Translations under genes and position numbers: made by a program | The notes under the pieces: generated by a model | What the model was told of the DNA's origin: nothing | The model's database searches: none | The model's input: the letters and a program-made list of their open reading frames with translations, nothing else | Assembly: GCF_000025505.1 (NCBI RefSeq) | Contig: NC_013849.1 | Span: forward strand, 1,470,001-1,502,000 | Origin: Ferroglobus placidus DSM 10642 | Lineage (GTDB): Archaea > Halobacteriota > Archaeoglobi > Archaeoglobales > Archaeoglobaceae | Reading direction: 5' to 3' | DNA: 32,000 nucleotides | Shown here: piece by piece, positions 15,164 through 23,577 of the stretch | Layout of the letters: each line of letters starts with the position of its first letter | Numbering within the stretch: position 1 is the first letter of the stretch

Positions 15164-15900
15164 AGAGAGTTAAAGCTCCTGAAAAAAACCTCATAAGAAG
15201 TGCTATCGGACACTTAAGAGCCATTAGCGAAGTAACGAAGCAAGCGATAAAACCCGGGACGATAACGATAAGCTACCCTCACGAGAGGAGAAAGCTTCCG
15301 GATTACTTCAGAGGATTCATTCTTTTTGAAAAAGAGGAATGCATAAGCTGTTTCAGATGCGCACACATATGTCCGGCTAACGCTATTCAGATGTACGCCG
15401 ATCAGGAAGGTAGATACTATCCCGGAGTAGATTACGCGAAGTGCATCTTCTGTCACTTCTGCGTGGATTCCTGCCCGACGGCAGCCTTAAAACCGTCTAA
15501 GATTCACGACGTCGCGTTTAAAGACGTTGAGTCGATGATGATTACTCCGGAGCAAATGGAGCAAGTTCCCGAAATTGAAAGAGAAGATAAAGTTACTGTC
15601 GAGTACGATTTCGACGGAGATGTTAAGCTGATAAGAAGGAAGGAAGTTGAGGAGCTTACGGTTAAGTTCGATAAGCCTAAAAGACCGAGGTTCGTGGCTG
15701 CTCCGCTGAATGCTGAAAATTGCATCGGATGCAGACTTTGCATGTTTTCGTGCCCAGTAGATGCGATAAAGTCGAAAGTCGAAGAGGTTAAAGTTACCTT
15801 GGAGACCGACTACGAAAAATGCACAGGCTGCGGGATATGCGTGAGAATTTGCCCGACCGAAGTTCTCAAGCTTACTCCGGTTAAGGGAGGTGAGGTTTAA
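15148..15900 (+). CDS. fqoI: F420H2:quinone oxidoreductase subunit I (NuoI/TYKY-like) with an additional C-terminal 2x[4Fe-4S] ferredoxin module
   Basis: Four CxxCxxCxxxCP motifs: CISCFRCAHICP, CIFCHFCVDSCP, CIGCRLCMFSCP and CTGCGICVRICP. Alternative start at ATG 15157. Confidence 0.8.
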   Translation: MGGMVKRVKAPEKNLIRSAIGHLRAISEVTKQAIKPGTITISYPHERRKLPDYFRGFILFEKEECISCFRCAHICPANAIQMYADQEGRYYPGVDYAKCIFCHFCVDSCPTAALKPSKIHDVAFKDVESMMITPEQMEQVPEIEREDKVTVEYDFDGDVKLIRRKEVEELTVKFDKPKRPRFVAAPLNAENCIGCRLCMFSCPVDAIKSKVEEVKVTLETDYEKCTGCGICVRICPTEVLKLTPVKGGEV

Positions 15901-16970
15901 TGGCATTACCCAAAGAATGGGTTTCCATAGAAGTCAAGGAGCTTGAGGATCTTCCATGCCTAAGATATGCGGAAAAACCTGATAGAAGAAGTAGCTGGAG
16001 GTTACTCAAGGAAAGGGTCGTTGAGGCTGGAATATGCAGTCACTGCGGAACCTGCACGATCTGTCCCGTCGATTTAATAATCCTCGAAGACAGACCACTG
16101 GATTTCGATCCTAAAAAAGGGTGTATGGGATGTGGCGTTTGCGTTGCGGTTTGTCCGAGGTACAACTACTCCCCGCTTAGCGGAATCGGAGATTATATCG
16201 AAGCTGTTGCGGGAAAGTCGAAGAGGTTCGTCGGACAGGACGGAGCGATGGTGTCCGAGTTCATGGCAACCGCCCTCGAAATGAAGGAAATTGATGTGGC
16301 TTTGTTCGTTGCGAGAGACGAAATGTTTAGACCATACGTCGTGCATGTAAGAAGTGCTGAGGAGCTTTACGACACGAGAATTACCGGCACAAAGTACAGC
16401 TTCGCTCCAGTGATGCCGGAGCTTCACAGGATAATTAAGAGATTCGACAAAATTGGGTTTATAGGAACTCCCTGCATGATCTCTGGCTTAAGAAAGCTTC
16501 AGAAAAAAGTGCCCCTTTACGAAAAGAGAGTCAGGCTTGCCGTCGGTTTGTTTTGCACAGAGAATTTTTACTGGCACCAGCTTTACGACTTCCTGAAAAG
16601 CAGGGGTGCTGATTTAAAGAACGCTGTGAAAACCGACATAACCAAGGGTAACTTCATAGTCACATTTAAGGACGGCTCCGAGTTTGTTATACCCGTCAAA
16701 GAAATGGAACCTATCGTTCCGGAAGGTTGTCACGTCTGTCAGGATTTTTCGGCAGTTGAAGCCGATGTTAGCGTCGGAAGCGTAGGTAGCGATCCTGGAT
16801 TTTCTACAGTGCTGATAAGAAAGGAGAACGCTAAGAAAATATTCGACTACATGGTCGAAAAAGGATACGTAGAGACGGGAAAGGCGAAAATCAAAGTCGT
16901 TCAGAGACTGTGCGACTACAAGGTTAAGATACACCCCTACCCGCCGAAAGAGGAAAAGTCGCAAGAGTAA
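15900..16970 (+). CDS. fqoF: F420H2 dehydrogenase input subunit F (FrhB-family flavoprotein with N-terminal 2x[4Fe-4S] domain)
   Basis: CSHCGTCTICP and CMGCGVCVAVCP motifs are followed by an FrhB-like body (..IGFIGTPCMISGLRKL.., LAVGLFCTENF, CHVCQDFSAVEADVSVGSVG). It occupies the last position of the operon, where NuoEFG would be absent. Confidence 0.85.
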   Translation: MALPKEWVSIEVKELEDLPCLRYAEKPDRRSSWRLLKERVVEAGICSHCGTCTICPVDLIILEDRPLDFDPKKGCMGCGVCVAVCPRYNYSPLSGIGDYIEAVAGKSKRFVGQDGAMVSEFMATALEMKEIDVALFVARDEMFRPYVVHVRSAEELYDTRITGTKYSFAPVMPELHRIIKRFDKIGFIGTPCMISGLRKLQKKVPLYEKRVRLAVGLFCTENFYWHQLYDFLKSRGADLKNAVKTDITKGNFIVTFKDGSEFVIPVKEMEPIVPEGCHVCQDFSAVEADVSVGSVGSDPGFSTVLIRKENAKKIFDYMVEKGYVETGKAKIKVVQRLCDYKVKIHPYPPKEEKSQE

Positions 16971-16971
16971 A

Positions 16972-17017
16972 CTTTTTAATCTTTTTTGAAAAATATCTAC
17001 TGACCGCCGTTGCGGTC
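16972..17017. terminator. Convergent-gene terminator region: T5 and T6 runs after the fqoF stop, plus hairpin GACCGC-CGTT-GCGGTC
   Basis: CTTTTTAATCTTTTTTG lies immediately after TAA 16968-16970, an archaeal oligo-T termination signal. A perfect 6-bp stem with a 4-nt loop sits at 17002-17017, between the convergent fqoF and phosphodiesterase genes. Confidence 0.5.
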
Positions 17018-17063
17018 GGAGAGAGCAGAAGCTTTCGATGATAGACCGTCGGCAAGCCGCCAA

Positions 17064-17588
17064 TTACACTTCAAACTTGTACGCTTTAACTTTCAGAGTT
17101 TCTTCCAGCTCGCAGATCTGAACGTTCAGCGTTTCTTCCACGTTGATTACCGCGAAGCTCGGAATTCCTTTTCCTCCGCCTCCACCCCACGCTCCGGTTG
17201 CGGAGCCGGGGTTTATTATAATTATTTTCCCTTTATGAACGGAAGGCGAATGTGTGTGCCCGGTAATCAAAACATCCACTCCCATTTCCTCTCCGATTCT
17301 CTCCAGCTCCTTTACGTTTCCTCTCGGATAAATTCCGTATCCGTGTATAACTCCAAATTTCAATTTTCCGGCTTTGAAGGTCTCCTCTTCCGGCAAATCG
17401 ACGAAGTCCATGTTTCCCATTACAGCAACAAGCTTCCCGTAACTTTTTATTTCCCTGTAAGCTCTTTCGCTGGTGAAATCTCCGGCGTGAACTATGAGAT
17501 CGGCTTGCTGGAGAAATTTTACGATAACGCTCGGTATCTTAGAAGCTCTGTCGGGAATGTGGGTATCGCTTATAGCGACGATTCTCAT
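17064..17588 (-). CDS. MJ0936/YfcE-type metallophosphoesterase (phosphodiesterase)
   Basis: Calcineurin-like motifs in order: ISDTH, HAGDF, GNMD, HGY, GHTH, NPGS. Confidence 0.85.
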   Translation of the reverse strand: MRIVAISDTHIPDRASKIPSVIVKFLQQADLIVHAGDFTSERAYREIKSYGKLVAVMGNMDFVDLPEEETFKAGKLKFGVIHGYGIYPRGNVKELERIGEEMGVDVLITGHTHSPSVHKGKIIIINPGSATGAWGGGGGKGIPSFAVINVEETLNVQICELEETLKVKAYKFEV

Positions 17589-17612
17589 GGATAATACTTA
17601 CGAGAGTTCTGT

Positions 17613-18356
17613 TTATAAGCCAGTTGGAATGTCGATGAACTCCGCTTCAATTCCAAGCTCGCTTCTTGCCAGATTTACGAGCTTTTTCAACCCGAGGGTT
17701 TCGCTTTGATAGTGTCCGATGAATATCACGTTTATCTCGTTATCCTTAGCGAGGTGGTAAGCTGAATGCTCCATCTCCCCTGTTATGAGCAAATCCACGT
17801 TATTTCTCTTGGCTTCGTCTATTGCGAAAGCTCCCCTCCCGGAGATGGCTGCGACCTTTTCCACTTTATCTTTCCCGAATTTTAGGTAGCCTATGTTTTC
17901 GAAGTTTTCCTCCAGCACTTCGAGTATTTCCTCGAATTCCTTATCGCAGTAGCCTGCGTAGCCTATTTTGTACCCCTTGTACTCACCGAAAGGTTCTTCA
18001 GGCTCAACTTCGATAAGCCTTAAGAGGCAGGCATTATTTCCTACCTCTCTGTGAGCGTCCAGAGGAAGGTGAGCGGAGTAAAGAGATAGTTCGTTTTCGA
18101 GTAGGAACTTGAGCCTCTTCCTCAGAATACCGTCCACTCTTCTTATTCCTCCCCAAATTAAACCGTGGTGGCAGAACACCATATTCGCTTCCGCTTCCAG
18201 CGCTCTAACGAAACTCTCCATGGAGGCATCGACGCAAAAAACGATTTTCTCAACCTCTTCTTCTCCTTCAACCTGAAGACCGTTCACCGCATCTTCTTTG
18301 AATTCGTTTACTCTCAAATAGGTATCAAAAAAATCGACGACCTCGCTTAATTCCAT
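17613..18356 (-). CDS. NIF3-family dinuclear-metal-centre protein (YbgI/GTP cyclohydrolase 1 type 2 homologue)
   Basis: 247 aa with NGLQVEG, VFCHHGLIW, SAHLPLDAH and ITGEMEHS.. motifs typical of NIF3. Confidence 0.8.
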   Translation of the reverse strand: MELSEVVDFFDTYLRVNEFKEDAVNGLQVEGEEEVEKIVFCVDASMESFVRALEAEANMVFCHHGLIWGGIRRVDGILRKRLKFLLENELSLYSAHLPLDAHREVGNNACLLRLIEVEPEEPFGEYKGYKIGYAGYCDKEFEEILEVLEENFENIGYLKFGKDKVEKVAAISGRGAFAIDEAKRNNVDLLITGEMEHSAYHLAKDNEINVIFIGHYQSETLGLKKLVNLARSELGIEAEFIDIPTGL

Positions 18357-18437
18357 GGAAGCTTAAGGTGGCAATCGCTTATTAAACTTTATCAAAAAAC
18401 AAAACACTTATCTTTGAGCACATACAAAAATTAGTTG

Positions 18438-18944
18438 ATGATTGACGAAATCGACCTCAAAATAATATTTGCACTTATGGAAAATTCGAGGTTGAGCTTT
18501 TCAGAACTTGCAAAATCACTCGGAATTAGCAGACCCACTCTCAAGAAGAGAGTTGAAGAGCTCGTAAAAAACGGCGTAATCGAAAAATTCACGGTAAAGA
18601 TAAGTGAAAAAGTTCTGAAGAGGAGTTATTCCGCTTTTGCAATCGTGGAGACCGATAAACCGGAAGAGATAGTAAAGTTGAAGTGCGTAAACGAAGTTTA
18701 CAAGCTCTGCGGAAACAAATACCTGGTTTCGATGAAGTTCTGCTCGATGGAAGGAATTAGAGAAACTTTCACGAAACTCACAGAATTTTCCGACTCTGTC
18801 GAATTTTATCCTTGCCTCACGAAGATTAAAGAAAATAATGGGCTTCAGCTAAATGTTGAGGTTAAATGCGAGGTATGCGGAAGAAAAACTGATGATTTCT
18901 CTTTTGTCGATGGAAAAATCGTCTGCAATTTGTGCAGAGAATGA
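18438..18944 (+). CDS. Lrp/AsnC-family transcriptional regulator with C-terminal CxxC..CxxC zinc ribbon
   Basis: AsnC-type HTH (DLKIIFALMENSRLSFSELAKSLGISRPTLKKRVEELVKNGVI), a RAM-like middle domain and a C-terminal CEVCGRKTDDFSFVDGKIVCNLC. The track starts at TTG 18435. Confidence 0.8.
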   Translation: MIDEIDLKIIFALMENSRLSFSELAKSLGISRPTLKKRVEELVKNGVIEKFTVKISEKVLKRSYSAFAIVETDKPEEIVKLKCVNEVYKLCGNKYLVSMKFCSMEGIRETFTKLTEFSDSVEFYPCLTKIKENNGLQLNVEVKCEVCGRKTDDFSFVDGKIVCNLCRE

Positions 18945-18986
18945 CCAAAACTTTCATAAGCAAATTTAAATAGAACATTTACTGCT

Positions 18987-19069
18987 GCCGGGGTTGCAGA
19001 GAGGCACTGCGCCGGCCTGGAGAGCCGGTGCCCGTCAAGGGCTCCTGGGTTCAAGTCCCAGCCCCGGCG
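18987..19069 (+). tRNA. tRNA-Ser (GGA anticodon), long variable arm
   Basis: GCCGGGG acceptor pairs with CCCCGGC. Anticodon stem-loop is CCGGC-CTGGAGA-GCCGG, the variable arm is 16 nt (TGCCCGTCAAGGGCTC) and the T arm is CTGGG-TTCAAGT-CCCAG. An AAATTTAAATA TATA-like box lies ~20 nt upstream. Confidence 0.9.
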
Positions 19070-19125
19070 CTTGTTCTTTGTTAGTCCCTTTCGAATTCTC
19101 GGCGTTGAATAAAAATATTAGGAAA

Positions 19126-20130
19126 TTACTGCTCCCCCTCAGAAAGGTTCTCTCCTTCCTTTTCTTTTGTTAAAGCAGCCACGAGACACCCTCTCGCAAC
19201 AGAATAGAGAGGATCTCTCGCTATTTGGATTTTCGTGATGTCTATGGGTAGATTTGCTTCGATTAGCCTTTTTTCGAACAGTTCGATAAATCCTTTCGGT
19301 TTCGTGCTTCCTCCTACGATAGCTACAGGAAATTCGGCTTCCGGAGGTGTCACCTCTGAAAGCTTCCTTTTTAAGTTTTGAATGATGTAGGTTATGAGAG
19401 CATCGTAGTATATTGAAAGTGCACCTTCTACACTTCCAAGTTCGTATTCGGAATCGAGTGAGAACGACGACTCTTTTATGGCTGTAACCCTCTCCTTCGG
19501 AACTCCGGTTGCTATTGAAACTTGCTCGTCTATCCAGTCCCCACCCCTTGCGATACTAAAGGAGATGACTGGCGTTGCAAGGTAAGCAACCGTTACATTC
19601 GTTAAACCAGCTCCAACACTTACTCCCACTCCAGTAAAATCGTACTTCCCGAGCTCAGAGTATACTGCCGCAAGACCTTCATCGATCACATAAGTTTCGT
19701 AACCAAATTTTCTCGTCAGAGCTTCAATTGTTTTCTTGTGATACAAAACGTTGACATTCAGATCTACCGGGTTTGCGGGAGAAGACACGTATAACACTTC
19801 TTTATTATTTGAATTACCGAGCAATCTTTGGAGAATCAACCTTATTATCGGAATCGATTCTTTTTCTTCCGGACTTATTATTCCGTGCTTCATGGGTCTT
19901 CTAACTGGTCTCCTAAAAACGTTGGCAAACTTAAAAGCGTCTTCACCGAGAATATATATTTTGTCGTCCTTCTCGACGTATAGCACCTTTGCGGTTTCAA
20001 GCATGTTCTTTGTTAAATCGCTCGCTTCCAATTCCAAGAAAGCGTTTCTCTGCTTCGTAAAAGAAACCACTTCACCCTTCTTTTCCGCACAGACGATATT
20101 CATAGTCCCTACATCCAAACCTTTAGCCAT
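19126..20130 (-). CDS. MreB-like actin-fold ATPase
   Basis: Phosphate-1 GLDVGTMNIV. RPMKHGIISP (compare MreB RPMKDGVIAD), EGLAAVY, phosphate-2-like GVSVGAGLTNVTV, ARGGDWIDEQV, adenosine motif VAIVGGSTKPKGF and DPLYSVARGC. Confidence 0.7.
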   Translation of the reverse strand: MAKGLDVGTMNIVCAEKKGEVVSFTKQRNAFLELEASDLTKNMLETAKVLYVEKDDKIYILGEDAFKFANVFRRPVRRPMKHGIISPEEKESIPIIRLILQRLLGNSNNKEVLYVSSPANPVDLNVNVLYHKKTIEALTRKFGYETYVIDEGLAAVYSELGKYDFTGVGVSVGAGLTNVTVAYLATPVISFSIARGGDWIDEQVSIATGVPKERVTAIKESSFSLDSEYELGSVEGALSIYYDALITYIIQNLKRKLSEVTPPEAEFPVAIVGGSTKPKGFIELFEKRLIEANLPIDITKIQIARDPLYSVARGCLVAALTKEKEGENLSEGEQ

Positions 20131-20131
20131 C

Positions 20132-20866
20132 TCACCACCACCTAAACAACCTGCTCTTTTTATCCTTACTTTTCTCTTTCTCCCTCATCGTTTCCCTCAA
20201 CAGTTTCGAATTTTCATCGATTTCCCTATCCTCAACTTCAACTTTATTTGTAATGATTCTTTTTAAAATTTCTGCTTCTTCGATATCGTCTTTCTCCACA
20301 ACGATCTCTTTCCTTTCAAAAAACGATCTGCTCGGCTTAAATCCGTCAATTTTAATGTCCTTGAATTTTAAGTCGCTTTCGGAGAGCTTGACGATCTTAT
20401 CCATGGATTCGCTGATTACTTTCTCCACTTCCCTCTCTATTTCCTCCTCGGTAAGTTGTTTCGTTTCTATTACCGGCTTACCCTCAATTAAATTAAGAAT
20501 GGAGTTGGCGAATGCGTTCCCTATAAGTAAAGCTGAGCCGATTACGTATGGAAAAACAACGTACGACACGTAGGGATACCTCCAGTTTTGGGGAAAGAAG
20601 AAGATGAATTCAAGTAAGCCAAAAATACACAAAAGCAGTCCGGAAATTACTACGTAGCTCGAATATTGAATTCTTCTTTTAACCATCTGATTTAAACCGA
20701 AAAGCGCCACTGCAAATCCGAAACCAACAAGACCGTACGTGAGCTTTATCTGATACGGCTCGGAGTACCTCGTTAATTTAACTGAAATAGCAAAAATTAT
20801 TCCCGCAAAAACGACGATAATTCCGAATATAAACGTTAGAGAGCCCATGTAATATTTAGACTTCAC
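20132..20866 (-). CDS. Polytopic membrane protein (4 predicted TM) with a highly charged cytoplasmic C-terminal domain, translationally coupled to the MreB-like gene
   Basis: Four hydrophobic segments lie in residues ~8-127, followed by an ~115-aa Glu/Lys-rich tail ending KSRLFRWW. The stop TGA is 1 nt from the downstream ATG, and AGGTGGTG within its last codons acts as the SD for that gene. No family recognised. Confidence 0.6.
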   Translation of the reverse strand: MKSKYYMGSLTFIFGIIVVFAGIIFAISVKLTRYSEPYQIKLTYGLVGFGFAVALFGLNQMVKRRIQYSSYVVISGLLLCIFGLLEFIFFFPQNWRYPYVSYVVFPYVIGSALLIGNAFANSILNLIEGKPVIETKQLTEEEIEREVEKVISESMDKIVKLSESDLKFKDIKIDGFKPSRSFFERKEIVVEKDDIEEAEILKRIITNKVEVEDREIDENSKLLRETMREKEKSKDKKSRLFRWW

Positions 20867-20949
20867 AGGTTTTGTTTCGTCGTAAACCCTATATAAATCT
20901 TTCAGGAAACTGAGAAAACCCTTTAAGTTGTAAAAATTTTAATGGTTCT

Positions 20950-21156
20950 ATGGAAGAGGAACTCGTGGAATTTCTCAAAAAAGCTTTGAGAGGTCTTGAA
21001 AAAGACAATCCAAAGCTACTTGACCTGAAAAAACTCTCGGATTTGGCTGTTGAAGCCGGACTGGATGTGGGAGATGTAATTAGAGTTGGAGAGGTAGTGA
21101 ACAAGCTTATCGAGGACAAAGTTAAGGAATTGAGAGGGGAGGACAACTTACCTTAG
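20950..21156 (+). CDS. Small acidic helical protein of unknown function (68 aa)
   Basis: ORF with a plausible helical heptad composition, MEEELVEFLKKALRGLEKDNPKLLDLKK... Divergent from the membrane/MreB pair. No family recognised, and coding status rests on length and composition only. Confidence 0.4.
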   Translation: MEEELVEFLKKALRGLEKDNPKLLDLKKLSDLAVEAGLDVGDVIRVGEVVNKLIEDKVKELRGEDNLP

Positions 21157-21191
21157 AAAAGCTTTTTTAGCAAAGGTCGAGTTGTTGGTTT

Positions 21192-22043
21192 ATGGCAAAA
21201 CCCCTCGAAAGGAGGTCAGCGAAGCTACTGGCTTTCTTTCTCGCATTGATAATGATAGGATCGGCTTTAGCCATAGCTTTGAGAGGAGCGAACACGACAC
21301 CGAAGAGAGAAGTCAAGCTCAGCTTCGACGACTTCACAGCTGTAACGAATCTCCCAGATACGCCGAGCGAAATATATTACTTCAACTTTAGAGTTAACGA
21401 CACGAACCTTCTCAACTTAATTCAGGCTTACGCTAAATTAGTTATGAGGGATCCGGTCTTCAGATACGTCAAACTTACCGGTTTCGATTCCGCCGCTTTC
21501 GCCTACTATCCGAAAACGAACTCTTACGTTTACCTCTTCAACACCTCTTCAAAAATCTTTGCAAGCTACGACAGAAAGATGAAGGTAGGAGAATTCGACG
21601 TTAAAGTTAAGGATTTTTACGCTTTCTGCGATCAGGTAAATCCGGCTTTGATAGGCACGAGCGACGTCGTTTTTAATTACCTCGAAAACGTTGGAAAGGA
21701 AAAAGAAAATCTGTTGAAATACGTCCCCGAGAAGAATTACGCTTTCTTCAGAGCTTTTCAGGGGGAAATCGTGAAGCAGCTTATAAGGCTGAACGATTCG
21801 AATATAACCGTCGCTGACTTCTACTTTGAAGGATACGCTTTGAACGGAAGCAAGTACGAGAAGGTTGTTGCGATGAACTTCACCTCGAACACTTTCTTCG
21901 TGGAAGAGAGCAACGTCACAGAAGAGTACTACGTCTTCGAAAAAGGAACGCTGAGCGTAGCGGTATTGATAGATTCGAACTTTACGAAGCTTTTGGAAGC
22001 TCAGCCGGAGATGAGAAGCGTTATTATAAAGATGGAGGAATGA
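21192..22043 (+). CDS. N-terminally anchored extracellular protein with nine N-x-S/T sequons (putative glycoprotein), unknown function
   Basis: Signal-anchor AKLLAFFLALIMIGSALAIAL followed by a soluble domain. Sequons NTT, NDT, NTS, NDS, NIT, NGS, NFT, NVT and NFT were counted by eye. Its stop overlaps the next start (ATGA). Confidence 0.6.
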   Translation: MAKPLERRSAKLLAFFLALIMIGSALAIALRGANTTPKREVKLSFDDFTAVTNLPDTPSEIYYFNFRVNDTNLLNLIQAYAKLVMRDPVFRYVKLTGFDSAAFAYYPKTNSYVYLFNTSSKIFASYDRKMKVGEFDVKVKDFYAFCDQVNPALIGTSDVVFNYLENVGKEKENLLKYVPEKNYAFFRAFQGEIVKQLIRLNDSNITVADFYFEGYALNGSKYEKVVAMNFTSNTFFVEESNVTEEYYVFEKGTLSVAVLIDSNFTKLLEAQPEMRSVIIKMEE

Positions 22044-23191
22044 TCGAGGGAAATACGACGATCTTACTTGAGAACGGCAAAATTGAAGTTCTGAAAGGCG
22101 AAGCAGAAGTATTCGGTTGTAGAGGTAAATATTTCGAAGCCCCTAAAGGCAAAGTTCTGCCAGTTTACTTTCCCGAAGATAGCGAAGCGAGAATCGAAGG
22201 CAACTACATAGCTGTAAACGGAAGCACGATTCCGAAGAGCTGGGAGAAGTTTGTGGAAGAAGATTGGAACAGAATTTTTCTCTACGGAGCTGTAGATACG
22301 GGAAAAAGCAGTTTTTGCGTTTTCGTCTCTCACAAGCTCGACATAGACTACGTTCTCGACGCGGACGTTGGACAGGCTGATATATCTCATCCGGGAAGCA
22401 TGGCTTTGGGGAAGAGAAGAGAAAATGCTTACTTGCTAAGCATGTTTCAGTTAATTTCCTGCGAATTCGTCGGAAGCATTTCTCCGATGAACAGAGAAGC
22501 GAGATGCTTGAGAGCTTTTAAAAAGCTCGTTGATAGAGCTGGAGAAAATCTTGTTATCGACACCACCGGATGGATCCACGGAAAGAGAGCTGTGGAGTAC
22601 AAGCTTGCGAAAATAGAAATTGCGAAGCCGGACGTGATTGTTTGCTTTTCCGATCCGCCGAGAGAGTTTTCCGACTACGAAGTCTTTGAAGCTGAGAGTT
22701 TTGTGATAAAGAAGAGGGACAGAGAAATGAGAGCGTACATCAGAGGTAAGTCTTACGAAAAGTGGTTCGAAAATGCGAGAGAAATTGAAGTTAGCGTTGA
22801 TGAAGTAAAGCTTTACTTCACTTCACTGTTTTCCGGAGAAAAAGTTGAAGACGAAATCCTATTTTCTTTCGGTGACGTGATTTACGCGGAAAAATGCGGA
22901 AGCTCGTTGAACATCTACTCTGAAAACTTCGACATAGGTGGAGAGGGGTTAAAAGCTTTGAAAGAGTACTACAACGTAGTGGAAGTTAACGTCGTAAGTC
23001 CGAAAGATTTTGAAAACCTTCTCGTAGGTCTTTATTCTGACGAATACCTCTGCCCCGGGTTGATAAAAGAGGTGGACTTCGAAGAGAAAAAAATAAAGGT
23101 TCTCGCGTCGACGAGCGAAAAACCTAAAAGGATAGAGTTCGGAGAATTTAAGATAGAAAACGGAAGAGAAGTTTTCGTAAGGATACCATGA
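22040..23191 (+). CDS. Clp1/Grc3-family polynucleotide 5'-hydroxyl kinase
   Basis: P-loop YGAVDTGKSS, DADVGQADI (Clp1 D-x-D-x-GQ motif) and Walker-B-like LVIDTTGWI, with N- and C-terminal flanking domains as in Clp1. Confidence 0.8.
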   Translation: MIEGNTTILLENGKIEVLKGEAEVFGCRGKYFEAPKGKVLPVYFPEDSEARIEGNYIAVNGSTIPKSWEKFVEEDWNRIFLYGAVDTGKSSFCVFVSHKLDIDYVLDADVGQADISHPGSMALGKRRENAYLLSMFQLISCEFVGSISPMNREARCLRAFKKLVDRAGENLVIDTTGWIHGKRAVEYKLAKIEIAKPDVIVCFSDPPREFSDYEVFEAESFVIKKRDREMRAYIRGKSYEKWFENAREIEVSVDEVKLYFTSLFSGEKVEDEILFSFGDVIYAEKCGSSLNIYSENFDIGGEGLKALKEYYNVVEVNVVSPKDFENLLVGLYSDEYLCPGLIKEVDFEEKKIKVLASTSEKPKRIEFGEFKIENGREVFVRIP

Positions 23192-23577
23192 TAGTGGTTG
23201 AAACTAAGAGAAGAAGCGAAGTTGTGGACATAACCGATGAGGTTAGGAGGAAAGTTAGAGAAAGCGGTGTGAAGAGCGGAATCGCTTTAGTTTACACTCC
23301 CCACACAACCTCCGGCATAATAATCAACGAAGCTGAAAGCGGATTGGTTGAAGATATCGTCGAAGCTCTAGACGAAATAGTTCCGAAAATCTCTTACAGG
23401 CATAACAGAATAGACAACAACGCAGACGCCCATATAAAGGCATCGATCGTCGGGAACTCGGTAATCGTGCCGGTGGAGAATTCGGAACTTGTTTTGGGAA
23501 CCTGGCAAAGAATATTGTTCGTAGAATTCGACGGACCGAGAAAAAGAAAGGTTTACGTGAAAGTTTATGAAGGATAG
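23188..23577 (+). CDS. YjbQ/UPF0047-family protein (secondary thiamine-phosphate synthase-like)
   Basis: YTPHTTSGIIINEAESGL, DNNADAHIKASIVG and LVLGTWQRILFVEFDGPRKRKVYV match the UPF0047 family pattern. Confidence 0.8.
   Translation: MIVVETKRRSEVVDITDEVRRKVRESGVKSGIALVYTPHTTSGIIINEAESGLVEDIVEALDEIVPKISYRHNRIDNNADAHIKASIVGNSVIVPVENSELVLGTWQRILFVEFDGPRKRKVYVKVYEG

Noticed and set aside
15487-15906. 139-aa minus ORF antisense to fqoI
   Set aside because: Opposite the four-cluster ferredoxin coding sequence. No independent support.
6097-16970. Interpretation as a bacterial-type NADH dehydrogenase (nuo) operon
   Set aside because: There are no NuoE/F/G genes. The operon ends with an FrhB-family F420-binding subunit, and the J-K-M-L-N-A-BC-D-H-I-F order matches fqo rather than nuo (A-N) or Methanosarcina fpo.
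16990-17063. Possible C/D-box sRNA or other ncRNA in the fqoF / phosphodiesterase convergent spacer (CGATGATAG, hairpin)
   Set aside because: There is no proper RUGAUGA C box paired with a CUGA D box at the right spacing on either strand. The hairpin plus T-runs are better explained as termination signals.
16614-17594. 149-aa minus ORF (16614-17063) and 194-aa plus ORF (17010-17594)
   Set aside because: They are antisense to fqoF and to the MJ0936-type phosphodiesterase, both of which carry complete catalytic motifs. The shadow translations have no motifs and have skewed composition.
19751-20573. 171-aa and 106-aa plus-strand ORFs over the MreB-like and membrane-protein genes
   Set aside because: Ser/Phe/Leu-rich low-complexity translations opposite genes with clear actin-fold and TM signatures.
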